Assembly (NCBI GenBank): GCA_963718915.1
Contig: CAVRAI010000015.1
Coordinates: 360,001-392,000 of the forward strand
Source of the DNA: an uncultured Chloroflexia bacterium
GTDB lineage: Bacteria; Chloroflexota; Ktedonobacteria; Ktedonobacterales; JADMIN01
Length of the DNA: 32,000 bases
Direction of reading: 5' to 3'
The first letter of the stretch is position 1. Each line of letters opens with the position of its first letter. The position numbers were made by a program, and so were the translations under genes. The notes below the pieces were generated by a model. The model searched no databases, was not told the origin of the DNA, and was given only the letters and a program-made list of their open reading frames with translations. Below, in pieces: positions 15,468-24,845 of the stretch.

Positions 15468-16322
15468 TTAGCGCGAAAGGTTCGGTAGACCGGCGTCACC
15501 ATCCGCGGGGAGAGGGATATAGGTGGAAAATTGCGGGTGCCGGTGCTTCAGATACGAACCAGGAGTCAGTCCCGAAAAGGCGCGAAACTCGTTACAAAGG
15601 TGTGCTTGATCACTATACCCGAACCGGAGGGCAAGCTCATTCCATGCCACTGGAGTGTCGTCGTAGGCATTCCGTGCGGTCAGCAGGAAGCGACGGAGAC
15701 ACCAATACTCCTTGGGGGCCAGGCCGACTGATTCCCGGAACAGCGCGATGAACTGTCGGTGACTGAAGTTTACCTGCTCGACAATCTCCGCGATTGACGG
15801 CGTGCCATTTCCAGGTCGGAGCTTGTGAAGGGCATAGGCAACGGCGGGATGATATGTAAGAGGGCGGACAGCCTGTGCAAGCAGGAATTGTTCTACAAGG
15901 TGGAATCGCTCTTCCGAGGTGGAAAGCTCCAGCAACCGTTCGCGCAACTCCCTTGCAGGCGCTCCCCAGAGCGCCTCAAGTGGCTCGTGCGCATCATGTA
16001 GCTCACTCATTGGCGAGCGAAAGAATGGGTAACTACCTCCCGGCTTGAATTGAACCCCAAGTCGCGTCATGCGACGCCCTGCGCTGAGGAGATACCAGTC
16101 GGCTCCTGGCCCACGGACCAGTGATTCATGGAATACGCGCTCATGGTGGCTACCGCGCTGTGTGACAATACGTTGTGGATCACCCTCTAACTGGATGATG
16201 AGTTGTGTGTTTCCCGACGGGAGCGCAACTTCACGGGTGAAGGGCTGGTCGCTCTCCTGCGTAAGCCAGAAATGCTCGACGAAGGAAGACAAGGGTGGCC
16301 CAGGAATATAGGTGAGATACAC
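15468..16322 (-). CDS. AraC family transcriptional regulator
   Basis: 284 aa. The C-terminal double HTH is IAEIVEQVNFSHRQFIALFRESVGLAPKEYWCLRRF...LALRFGYSDQAHLCNEFRAFSGLTPGSY. Confidence 0.85.
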   Translation of the reverse strand: MYLTYIPGPPLSSFVEHFWLTQESDQPFTREVALPSGNTQLIIQLEGDPQRIVTQRGSHHERVFHESLVRGPGADWYLLSAGRRMTRLGVQFKPGGSYPFFRSPMSELHDAHEPLEALWGAPARELRERLLELSTSEERFHLVEQFLLAQAVRPLTYHPAVAYALHKLRPGNGTPSIAEIVEQVNFSHRQFIALFRESVGLAPKEYWCLRRFLLTARNAYDDTPVAWNELALRFGYSDQAHLCNEFRAFSGLTPGSYLKHRHPQFSTYIPLPADGDAGLPNLSR

Positions 16323-16695
16323 GGCTCTTGCTCCCGTCTCTCGGTGGCCACGCGTACGGGCTTCATGCTCGCCGACTTGCCAATGTGTTCTTGCACAGGA
16401 CTCCAGGGTTCGAGCATGGTTGTTATCCTACCACGATTGTGGCAAAATCTTTGGACCTCTCAAAGGGCGGCGCGTCCGCAGTGTGAGCGCCAACTCCTTT
16501 CATCCCTGCGTGAGGCGACTACCTCAAAGCATGTCAATTTTTTCCAAGACAGATTGCTCTGGACAAATTAGCATACAAGTGGCCGTGGCACATCGCTTCG
16601 TGGGCGCTCTACTGCTTATTGATCCAGCGCGCTCCACGGCTATGCGTGTGCTGATGTTGCGGCTCTGGCCCATATCTGGCCCATATATTGAAAGG

Positions 16696-17283
16696 ATGTT
16701 CCTTGTGCAGGCACGACGGTCTTCGCTGCTGACGCTGCTTCTGGTGAGTCTCCTGGGTCTGGCCGCCTGTGGCAGCTCCTCGACAGCGGTATCCACCCCC
16801 ACACCAACATCAACACCGACTGCAACGCCACTGGTCAATACAGCCTACACCAGTACCGACGGCGCCTACTCCATCAAGATTCCCGCAACCTGGAAAACGG
16901 AGGCGCTGGATGCTCCTTCTACGAGCGGCGCTGTGTCGATCATCAACGAAGCTAGCAAGGACGTGTTTATCATCGAGCCGTTCACGTTCCGCACGACGGC
17001 CAGTACGCAGTCCATCCTGGGGTCTTCGATCAGCGACCCATCGTCGTTCAGCGGGTCAAAGGTAGATGATACTACCACGACGAAGACCTACCCATCCGGG
17101 AGCTGGATCGTCGCGACTGCATCAACTACAGTGGATGATACCGCGATGAGCGCACGGCTTTACAGGACAGAGTATGGCAATCGTACGTTTGCCCTCTTCA
17201 TCATGATGCCAACCGCTAACGCAACGTCGGATCAGTCCATGTACTTTGACCAGATGCTCATGTCATTCACGTTCCTGCAATGA
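16696..17283 (+). CDS. Putative lipoprotein, unknown function (possibly a PsbP/DcrB-like fold)
   Basis: The in-frame ATG at 16696 gives MFLVQARRSSLLTLLLVSLLGLAAC, a signal peptide with an LAAC lipobox, followed by a Thr/Pro/Ser linker. The upstream 128 codons of the tracked ORF look non-coding. The fold suggestion is inference only, from the motif YSIKIPATW. Confidence 0.6.
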   Translation: MFLVQARRSSLLTLLLVSLLGLAACGSSSTAVSTPTPTSTPTATPLVNTAYTSTDGAYSIKIPATWKTEALDAPSTSGAVSIINEASKDVFIIEPFTFRTTASTQSILGSSISDPSSFSGSKVDDTTTTKTYPSGSWIVATASTTVDDTAMSARLYRTEYGNRTFALFIMMPTANATSDQSMYFDQMLMSFTFLQ

Positions 17284-17312
17284 AACACATCCCGCAAGGA
17301 GGCGGTTAGTAT

Positions 17313-17645
17313 CTACCGGGCGAACCAGTTCTGGAACTGCATCATCAGCCCCATATCGCCCTGGATTTTGATCTTGCCGCCCATGAATGCGCTCACCGCA
17401 TCCAGCGCGCCGCTGAGGATGTTCAGCCAGTCGTCGGAGTCCACCGCAATCGTGGCGTTGGGGGATTGCGCCGCGCCCTGCGCGTACTCCATCGTGCCGT
17501 CGTGGATGTGCATTGTCCACGTGCCTGGCTCGCGCCCGGTGAAGTCGAACTGCAGTGTCTTATCCAATCCAGCCGCGCGGGCGGGCTGAAACGCTGCCTG
17601 GAGGGCTGGGAAAGAGTCGGCGATACTGGTGGGCTGGTCGGCCAT
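17313..17645 (-). CDS. SCP2 sterol-binding-domain protein
   Basis: 110 aa. The C-terminus DWLNILSGALDAVSAFMGGKIKIQGDMGLMMQFQNWF is the typical SCP2 motif. Confidence 0.8.
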   Translation of the reverse strand: MADQPTSIADSFPALQAAFQPARAAGLDKTLQFDFTGREPGTWTMHIHDGTMEYAQGAAQSPNATIAVDSDDWLNILSGALDAVSAFMGGKIKIQGDMGLMMQFQNWFAR

Positions 17646-17827
17646 GCGTTGCTCCTCTGTTGCTCTGCGCGAGAGTCACTCGCTCAACGACGTCTCATTC
17701 GCATGATTCGCACGACGCCATCTGCCGCCAGCATAGCACAGACCTTGCGCCAACTGCCATGTAGCTGGCTGCGGGAAGAAACACGCGAGACGCATGATCG
17801 TCCGCTGTTGCTATCACTCGTCCGCAA

Positions 17828-18349
17828 TCATGTGTCATCGGGCAAAATCTGCTCTTTCCTGGCCAGCTTCGCGGTCTCCTGTTTGTTCAACTCAATCGAC
17901 GCTGCGAGATACTGCGCCAGAAACTCAAGTTGTTCAGTCGTATAGGTCTCATACAACCTATTAAAAGCCTCGCCCATCGAGAGATACACATTTTCGCCGG
18001 ATGCGAGGGTCGCCAGGTTGGGGATGACGATGACTTTTCGGCGGTCGTTGGGATCCGGCGCCCGTTTCACGAAATCGCGCCGCTCGAGTCGGTCAATCAG
18101 GTTCGTGACCGCGCCGCTCGTCAGGCTCAGCCGTTTTGCGATCTGACCAGCCGTCATTGGGCCTTCCTGCATCAGTGCGCCTAACGCCTTCATATCGGTG
18201 ATGCCCAGGCCATATTTAGCTGCTGCGGCCTGGTGAAACAGAGCCGTCTCGGTGCTCGATGTCTCGCCAAGGAATTGCAGTTGCGCAACGAGCTCTTCTC
18301 GATGCCTGCGTTCCTGTTCGCCAGCGTCGCCTGTGGAAGAATTTGCCAT
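17828..18349 (-). CDS. MarR family transcriptional regulator
   Basis: 173 aa. The winged HTH is GPMTAGQIAKRLSLTSGAVTNLIDRLERRDFVKRAPDPNDRRKVIV. Confidence 0.9.
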   Translation of the reverse strand: MANSSTGDAGEQERRHREELVAQLQFLGETSSTETALFHQAAAAKYGLGITDMKALGALMQEGPMTAGQIAKRLSLTSGAVTNLIDRLERRDFVKRAPDPNDRRKVIVIPNLATLASGENVYLSMGEAFNRLYETYTTEQLEFLAQYLAASIELNKQETAKLARKEQILPDDT

Positions 18350-18359
18350 GCGCTACCTC

Positions 18360-18388
18360 TTGACAAATTGAATCTTTATCATTAAGAT
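18360..18388 (+). promoter_or_regulatory. Promoter candidate (TTGACA-17-TAAGAT) overlapped by a 17-bp imperfect palindrome; likely MarR operator region
   Basis: TTGACA at 18360-18365 and TAAGAT at 18383-18388. The palindrome ATCTTTATCATTAAGAT (18372-18388) has 14 of 16 symmetric positions matching. A direct repeat AAGATAGT occurs twice just downstream. It lies in the divergent marR/hydrolase intergenic region. Confidence 0.45.
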
Positions 18389-18481
18389 AGTTAATAATGA
18401 AGATAGTCGAACATCAAGACAGTTGACCGTAAAGGTAGTATAGCGTTCAACGGCCAACTGCGCAAGAAAGGATACCAGCGC

Positions 18482-19399
18482 ATGGCAACCAAAACCAGCG
18501 TTAGCAACCACTCGACCGCAGCCGCGCAGCAGTATGCGACGGGCTTTGTTACCGCGCCGGATGGTGGTGTCATCGGTTACCGCCAGCTTGGCCATGGGCC
18601 AGGGGTCGTTCTGCTCCATGGCGCGATGGAGTCGGCGGGCAGCCACATGCAGCTTGCCGTGGCGCTGGCCGACGCCTTCACCATCTATGTGCCCGACCGG
18701 CGCGGACGTGGCCTCAGCGGCCCCTATAGCAAAGAGTACTCCATCCAGAGCGATGTTGCCGATATGGAGGCCCTCCTCACCAAAACGGGCGCCCATAACG
18801 TCTTCGGCGTCAGCTCAGGCGCCGACATCTGGCTTCAGGCGGCGCTCTCGCTGCCCGCGATTCAGAAGGCCGCGCTCTATGAACCAGCGCTCTTCGCAGA
18901 TGCCTCGGAACCGCGTGCTTTTCTGACGCGCTTCGACCACGAGATGACCCAGGGCAGGCTGGCCGCAGCGATGGTCACGGCGATGAAAGGCGCTCAGATG
19001 GGGCCACCTATTTTCAACGCCATGCCTCGCTGGCTGCTGGAGTCGCTCACCGGCAGCGCCATGAAGGGCGAGCAAAAAAAGGCAAAAGCTGGCGATATCA
19101 CGATGGGGACTCTCGCCCCAACGCTTCACTATGACTTTGCGCTTGTCACCGCCATGAGCGGTCACTTTCAGGACTTCAAAGCCGTGCGCGCTGAGGTGTT
19201 GCTGCTCGGTGGGAGCAAGAGTCCGGCATACCTGAAGAAGGCCCTTGTCGCCCTGGAGAAGATCTTGCCGCACGTTGCCGGGCGCATCGAATTCCCCGGA
19301 CTCGACCATGGTGGATCGAGCGATGTCAGCAATACCAACCGTGGTGGCAATCCTGAACTCGTGGCGCAGGAGTTACGCCGCTTCTTCGCCGAACCATAG
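18482..19399 (+). CDS. Alpha/beta hydrolase fold protein
   Basis: 305 aa. It has VVLLHGAMES, YVPDRRGRGLS, the nucleophile elbow GVSSG, and a C-terminal LDHGG histidine region. Confidence 0.85.
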   Translation: MATKTSVSNHSTAAAQQYATGFVTAPDGGVIGYRQLGHGPGVVLLHGAMESAGSHMQLAVALADAFTIYVPDRRGRGLSGPYSKEYSIQSDVADMEALLTKTGAHNVFGVSSGADIWLQAALSLPAIQKAALYEPALFADASEPRAFLTRFDHEMTQGRLAAAMVTAMKGAQMGPPIFNAMPRWLLESLTGSAMKGEQKKAKAGDITMGTLAPTLHYDFALVTAMSGHFQDFKAVRAEVLLLGGSKSPAYLKKALVALEKILPHVAGRIEFPGLDHGGSSDVSNTNRGGNPELVAQELRRFFAEP

Positions 19400-19858
19400 G
19401 ATCGCCGGTGGGCTGGCCCAGAAATATCGCGCCGATAGGGTGGGGCGGCGCCGAAGAAGAGACAGACGAATGCGGATAGGCTCGCGGATTGCGGGATGAA
19501 CGGGATACGCGTATAGTTTGTTGTGTTGATTTCCGAGACCGACGGAAATGGTCTCGATGGAGGGGACTTTCATGCCGGTTATCTAGTATCTCCGATGGAT
19601 GCGCACAGGCGCCGCACAAGCTGACACCTGTCCATCCAGTTGGTTTGTTCAGGCTCATGGACGAATCAGCTCATCATTGGCATAGCGTGAGAACCACCCG
19701 AGGTTGATTCGGGGTGATTCGCAGGTGTTTTGCGCCTGCAGGCCGGTTGTGCCACGTTGAGCGGATTCCTCCACCTGAAACCATCTCTATCGTTTGCATC
19801 GCGCTTGCCAATGACCATTGCGGGCGCCGCAAACGACCAACCAGGCGGAGATACGACG

Positions 19859-20398
19859 ATGAAAATCGATGAAATCAAGCTGCTGTATGAGTTCAATGAC
19901 TGGGCCGATGCGCGCATCCTGGCGGCCTGCGCCAGAGTTAGCCCGGAGCAGTACGCCGCGCCGACTACCATCGGGACTGGGCACAGCGGGCTGCGCGCCA
20001 CGATGGTTCACCTGCTGGACAGCACCTGGCAGGCGCGGATCGCCCTCCAGGGGTACTACGAGAAACCCCTGGCAGACGAGGCGGCCTACGACGCGACTGA
20101 GCTGCACGAAGACGCCTTCCCGACGCTCGCCGCGCTGCAAGAGCGCTGGAAGACGGAACAACGGGAGATGTGGGCTTATATCGACACACTAACCGAGGAG
20201 ACGCTGAACGGCAAGATCCGCTATGTCATCCCCGGTGCGGTGCGCGAGCACGTCGTGTGGCATCTCCTGCTGGATACCATCAACCATGCTACGCAGCATC
20301 GTAGCGAGGCCGCCGTGCTGCTGACCCGCTACGGCCAGTCGCCAGGTGATTTTGACTTTGGCATGTTCCTGAACGAGCGCGCTCAAGCAAAAGCCTGA
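19859..20398 (+). CDS. DinB family protein
   Basis: The ATG at 19859 is preferred (GGCGGAG ribosome-binding site; MKIDEIKLLYEFNDWADARILAA...). The conserved His triad context includes ...MVHLLDS... and ...INHATQHRSE. Confidence 0.85.
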   Translation: MKIDEIKLLYEFNDWADARILAACARVSPEQYAAPTTIGTGHSGLRATMVHLLDSTWQARIALQGYYEKPLADEAAYDATELHEDAFPTLAALQERWKTEQREMWAYIDTLTEETLNGKIRYVIPGAVREHVVWHLLLDTINHATQHRSEAAVLLTRYGQSPGDFDFGMFLNERAQAKA

Positions 20399-20405
20399 GC
20401 GTCAC

Positions 20406-20435
20406 CAACCGTCCGCCGAACTCGGCGGGCGGTTG
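20406..20435 (+). terminator. Candidate terminator hairpin after dinB-family gene
   Basis: CAACCGTCCGCCG (20406-20418) pairs with CGGCGGGCGGTTG (20423-20435): a 13-bp stem with one mismatch and a 4-nt loop. It is followed by TCTGTTCC, a weak T-tract. Confidence 0.4.
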
Positions 20436-20835
20436 TCTGTTCCCGCCCCGTGTTTCACTCGCTCACCGTGTCGTAGAAGATCATCCATTCGAGTCGCCCC
20501 ATGGCCGTCTTAAAGCGTGTTTTGTAGCATCGTGTCTGGCATCTGCCACGCCATGGCGGCGTCGAGTTGAGCAGTGAGAGTCCGCGGGTGATCGGCACAT
20601 CGTCTTCGACGGGGTTGTCGAGGAGATTCCCGCGCTGTGGGAGTCGCCGACGTCTTCTTCTTTCGTCTTCGTCCACGCAATGCACTCGGCCGGTGCTACT
20701 TGGAATCCACACCCTCCGGTGATCTCCCCACGACCGGCCGCCGCGTCCACATGTGACGCCTCACGGACGCCTCTCGAACGCCTCACGACTCGGGCACGCT
20801 GGGCGCTACCTAGCACTCGCTGCGTGCAGAACGCT

Positions 20836-21372
20836 CTACCGTGGTTTATGTGGGTCGCTTTGACGAAGGATCTCGTCCACGACGCGTGCGAGCGGTGCGG
20901 TAGCGTCGATGATCGTACCGTTTTTCGGAAGGGCTGCTTTCGTCTGATACATGCGCACAGTGATTTCCCGTTCCTCTGGTGTTCCGCCCCAATCAGTTGG
21001 GTCCAGTGCCACTCGCTCATCAATCCGCCGGAGACTGGTGTCCAGGTCGACCGCAAGGACAAACACGCCGTCAAATGACGCGATGTATTTGGAAAAATTC
21101 CTCGAACCACCGCAGAAGAAGGTGACCGCCGCATCCTGGTTGGCGACCAGGGCGTTGACTTTCTCGACATCCCAAATGTGGTGCTCGGAAATGAAGGTAG
21201 CTGAGTGCTCGTGCTTGAGGCCATCCGTCGGGTGACTTGTGTCCGGATCGCCTTGATACGCCAATTCATCGTCACCATCAATGGCCTGGTAGCCGCGCCG
21301 CTGCAATTCTGTGCAGACCGTCGTTTTGCCGGAGCCGGACACGCCATCAATCAGATAATTTCTCCTGCCCAT
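20836..21372 (-). CDS. P-loop NTPase / nucleoside-kinase-like AAA protein
   Basis: 178 aa. The Walker A is at the extreme N-terminus (MGRRNYLIDGVSGSGKTTV), typical of small AAA_33 or kinase-like proteins. Confidence 0.7.
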   Translation of the reverse strand: MGRRNYLIDGVSGSGKTTVCTELQRRGYQAIDGDDELAYQGDPDTSHPTDGLKHEHSATFISEHHIWDVEKVNALVANQDAAVTFFCGGSRNFSKYIASFDGVFVLAVDLDTSLRRIDERVALDPTDWGGTPEEREITVRMYQTKAALPKNGTIIDATAPLARVVDEILRQSDPHKPR

Positions 21373-21404
21373 TGCTAGCTGCTACCCTTCTCATTGTCGC
21401 CTCG

Positions 21405-22281
21405 TCATGCAAGCAAGGATACCCGAAAGCCATGCCGCGGTGTTTGCAGATTTCTTACGAACTGCGTAACGCATGAAGAGGCTCGGCGTCCCAAGCGAGC
21501 GACGAGCAACCGAATCATCGTCACCTTGATGAATGTTTCGCTCGTCTGCACCTTGCGCTCGTCGTCTTTGCTCATGCGCCGATTCCGGGACAGCCATGAG
21601 AAGGTCCGCTCCACGACCCACCGTTTGGGTTGCACAGCGAATCCACGTACGCCACGGGAAGTACGCTGCACCACTTCAAACTCCCAGTCACCCACGGTCT
21701 TGCACCAGTCGGCCAACTCTTGGCCGCGGTAGGCCGCGTCAGCCCAGATCTTCTTGAGCCGTGGGACAAAGTATTTCAGTCCGGCCAGAAGCCTGCGAGC
21801 ACCTTGCGTAACGTGCATATTTGCCGGGGTGACATAGTACGAAATCGGGATGCCAAGCGTATCGACAAGCAGATGGCGCTTGCGGGCCTTGACGCGCTTA
21901 TGTCCGTCGAATCTACTGATGCGGGCTGATTCCTCGACGGTCTTGACCGATTGCGTATCCATGATGGCTACGCTTGGATGGGCATCTCTGCCTACACGGA
22001 AGCGTTCGGCCTTGTGAAGGGCGCGAGGAGGAGACCCCAGGCGCCCTTGCGAGAGAATTGCCGAAAATGATAGAAGACGGTCTGCCAGGGCGGAAAATTG
22101 CTTGGCAGGTAGCGCCAGGGACAGCCAGCATGGAGAATATAAAAGATCGCGTTGAAGATATACTGCGCAGAGAATGACGTCGCGTTCGGCAGGTGCGATG
22201 GGCCTCGTGCAGGAATCGTTGCATGCACGCCCACTCCGCATCGGTAAGGTCACTTGGATAGGTCGTGTTTATGCAGTCCAA
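21405..22281 (-). mobile_element. IS5-family (IS427/IS1031-like) transposase gene, split over three frames; probably decayed
   Basis: Frame A (from 22281) reads MDCINTTYPSDLTDAEWACMQ...TRRHSLRSI. Frame B reads IFNAIFYILHAGCPWRYLPSNFPPWQTVFYHFRQFSRKGAWG. Frame C reads RVGRDAHPSVAIMDTQSVKTVEE...GHKRVKARKRHLLVDTLG...IWADAAYRG...KRWVVERTFSWLSRNRRMSKDDE. Together these give the DUF4096 plus DDE_Tnp_1 pattern. The terminal inverted repeats are only tentative (about 21437-21449 and 22308-22320). Confidence 0.8.
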
Positions 22282-22397
22282 TGTAGCCTATCGCATCTCC
22301 GCATCGGCTACAAAACACGCTCTTAGCACACTTAGCGCATCATGGGGCATTCTTCAGACAGGTTCTACTGCCGTGCGATGTTGCGGAAAGCGGGGCG

Positions 22398-23027
22398 CTA
22401 CTTAAGGTTCCCCACGAATTCGGCGATGCCGTTGAGGATGAACTGGAGCGCCACCGCCGCCAGCAACATGCCCAGCACGCGCGAGAGCACCAGGATGCCA
22501 GTTGTGCCGATGCGCTTCTGAATCTGCGCGCAGAGCAGCATCGTGAACAGCGACACCGCCAGCGTGATGAGCGCGGCGAGACCGACGAGCGAGAGTTGAA
22601 TGGGATCGCTGCCAGCGTTGCTGACCAGCAGGATGATGGTGGTGATCGTGCCGGGGCCGGCGATCATGGGGATGGCCAGCGGAAAGACTGAGATATCCTC
22701 GCGAGTGAGCGCCTCGCGCGCCTCACGCCGGGTCTCGCGCGCGCCGGATGGACGTCCAAAGAGCATGTCGAAGGCGACGACGAAGAGCAGCGCGCCGCCC
22801 GCGATGCTGAATGCTTCAGAGGTGACGCCAAGATAGGTGAAAATGAACCGGCCAAAGGCGCCAAAGATGGCGATCACAATGCCGGCGATGATCGTCGCGC
22901 GGATAATGACCAGCGTGCGCTCGTGCGGCAGCATTCCGGCGGTCAGCGCCAGAACAACTGGCACAAGTCCCACCGGATCGACAATCGTAAAAAGCGCGAC
23001 CAGCGCCTTGATAAAGGAATTCAGCAT
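22398..23027 (-). CDS. MarC family (UPF0056) integral membrane protein
   Basis: 209 aa. The N-terminus FIKALVALFTIVDPVGLVPVVLALT is the hallmark of the family. It has multiple TM segments. Confidence 0.85.
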   Translation of the reverse strand: MLNSFIKALVALFTIVDPVGLVPVVLALTAGMLPHERTLVIIRATIIAGIVIAIFGAFGRFIFTYLGVTSEAFSIAGGALLFVVAFDMLFGRPSGARETRREAREALTREDISVFPLAIPMIAGPGTITTIILLVSNAGSDPIQLSLVGLAALITLAVSLFTMLLCAQIQKRIGTTGILVLSRVLGMLLAAVALQFILNGIAEFVGNLK

Positions 23028-23063
23028 ACTGCCGATTCTACCACCCCGCGGAGCCGATGTTGC

Positions 23064-24449
23064 CTATGCGGGTGGTTCCTGCGCCGCCACGAACTTCGCC
23101 AGTTGCGCCGCCGCCTCATCCAGCGCGGGCAGCGCCAACCCCGTTGTCCCTGATGCGCCATCGGCGGGCAAATCATCCGCCTGCTCCAGCAGCCCGTTCA
23201 AGATAGCCTCCTGGTCGGCGGGCGCGGCGTCCGTGGGAGCATAGAGCATGCTGGTGGCCAGCCGCAGGCGCAGGGCATCGGGCGCCTCGCCGAAGTCGCT
23301 GGCGGGCAATGTTGCGATATCCCACTCTGCCAGCAGATGATTCGCCAGGTCGGCGGAGGTCTTCACGCCACGCGCGGCGAGTTGATCGCGCCATGGGGAA
23401 AAGTCAGGGTAGAGATAGAACGCTCCCGCCGGTTGTGGGCAGCGCGCGCCTGCTGTCACCAGCGCTGAGTGTAGCCGTGCCGCCGCATGCGCATGAATCC
23501 GCGCCGAGCGGCGAACGAAGCGTTCCATCGCTTCATCAAAGGTAAACGCGACGATGGCTGCCTGCTGAATTGGGGTTGCCGCCGACGACCAGATCTCTCC
23601 GGCGAGCGAGCGCACCGCCGCGACCAGGTTCTCGCCAGAGGAGGTCGTGGGCAGCGCCGCGTATCCCAGCCGCCAACCGCCTGCCGAGAACGCCTTCGAC
23701 ATTCCGCCGGTCACGATGGTTCCTTCAGGGTAGAACCGCGCGGGCGAGACATGCGGACGCCAGCCGTGCGCCAGTTCGGCGTAAACCTCGTCGCTGAGGA
23801 TGGTAACGCCCTCGCCGCGCGCCCAGAGGGCGATCTGTTCGGCATCGGCTGTGGCGAACATGCCGCCGGTGGGATTGCTTGGCGTGTTGACGACCAGCAG
23901 CTGTGGATCGCCGCCCGCCTCATGTGCCGCCCGCAATGCCATTTCCAACGATTCGCGTGTCAGCCGGTGGTAATCGGCGGGGTCAGTGGCCACGGGAAAG
24001 ACACGTTTGCCTGCCAGATGCGCCTGTGGCGCGTAGCTCACCCACGATGGCGCTGGCAGGAGCACATCTCCCACGAGCGCGCGCATGAGCGCATAGAGCA
24101 CTGCTTTGCTGCCAGGGCCAACGACAATTGTTGCCGGGCTGGTGGTAAGCCCGCGAGTGCGCGCAAGATATGAGGCGATGGCGGCGCGCAGACCGGGCAG
24201 GCCGAGCACAGGCGCATACTCAGTGCTGGTGGCGGCGCGCGCAAGCTCCTCGCGCAGAGGTATCGGTAGCGGGAAAGGCGCCTCGCCAAAGCCCAGATGA
24301 ATTGTCCGCTGACCAGCGGTACGACGTGCGGCAACCGCCTCATTCATCCGCAGCGTCGCCGAGACCGGCGCACCAGCAACGGCGCTATTCAGGCCGAGTG
24401 GGTCTGCTATTGTCCCTTGCGTTCGCTGGCGAGCCTGCCGAACTGTCAT
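23064..24449 (-). CDS. Class I/II PLP-dependent aminotransferase
   Basis: 461 aa with a GGGAGG ribosome-binding site. It has NTPSNPTGG and the PLP-lysine motif GGMSKAFSAGGWRLGYA. Confidence 0.9.
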   Translation of the reverse strand: MTVRQARQRTQGTIADPLGLNSAVAGAPVSATLRMNEAVAARRTAGQRTIHLGFGEAPFPLPIPLREELARAATSTEYAPVLGLPGLRAAIASYLARTRGLTTSPATIVVGPGSKAVLYALMRALVGDVLLPAPSWVSYAPQAHLAGKRVFPVATDPADYHRLTRESLEMALRAAHEAGGDPQLLVVNTPSNPTGGMFATADAEQIALWARGEGVTILSDEVYAELAHGWRPHVSPARFYPEGTIVTGGMSKAFSAGGWRLGYAALPTTSSGENLVAAVRSLAGEIWSSAATPIQQAAIVAFTFDEAMERFVRRSARIHAHAAARLHSALVTAGARCPQPAGAFYLYPDFSPWRDQLAARGVKTSADLANHLLAEWDIATLPASDFGEAPDALRLRLATSMLYAPTDAAPADQEAILNGLLEQADDLPADGASGTTGLALPALDEAAAQLAKFVAAQEPPA

Positions 24450-24845
24450 AGTGCCTCCCTGTGTCTGCTGGTCTGCTGGTCTGCTGCGACTATGTGTCTG
24501 TCATAGAGCAAGCGCGTGTCCGCGCTGAGATGCGCTGATGGCCGCTGTTTTCTATCACATCCAGTGTACACCGTTCACGGAAACCGCGCGTGATAACCTG
24601 TGTCACTGGGCATTTTTGCTGACGCGGCTGTGACGTACGCCGAGAGACCCTAACTCGTCTGTGAGATTTGCACAGGACGCTGCGTAATACACTGTAAACC
24701 CTCGTTGTATCGCGGTCGCGTCGCCGAAAAGGGTACTGTCAGACCTTGACAGGTTAAGGTATCTTTATCGTAAGCTTCCATCCCTTATCATGGAGGCGGC
24801 GGACTCTGCGGTTGTTACCCATTCCATTGGAGGAGCAGAAGGCGT

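Noticed and set aside
16380-16440. tRNA-like T-loop string GGGTTCGAGC
   Set aside because: It is not followed by the expected TCC or an acceptor complement, and no cloverleaf could be drawn. I found no tRNA or rRNA gene anywhere in the window.
16312-16695. Upstream 128 codons of the 323-aa ORF
   Set aside because: This stretch overlaps the AraC gene start region and reads as non-protein-like sequence. A signal peptide with a lipobox begins at the internal ATG at 16696.
20481-21350. 289-aa minus-strand ORF
   Set aside because: It is an alternative frame of the P-loop kinase-like gene (20836-21372), which has a proper ribosome-binding site and Walker A. The 289-aa product has no motif and a Ser/Arg/Thr bias.
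21375-21378. CTAG on the left and TTAG/CTTAG on the right (22322-22335) as IS5-type target-site duplications
   Set aside because: The flanking tetranucleotides are not identical, and the sequences inside them show no inverted-repeat relationship. The IS boundaries remain undetermined.
24450-24845. Possible T-box, riboswitch or strong promoter in the ~395-nt region upstream of the LIV-type operon
   Set aside because: I found no T-box consensus or other riboswitch core. TTGACA at 24746-24751, overlapped by the palindrome CTGTCA-gacct-TGACAG, has no good -10 element at 16-18 nt spacing. I therefore left it unannotated.
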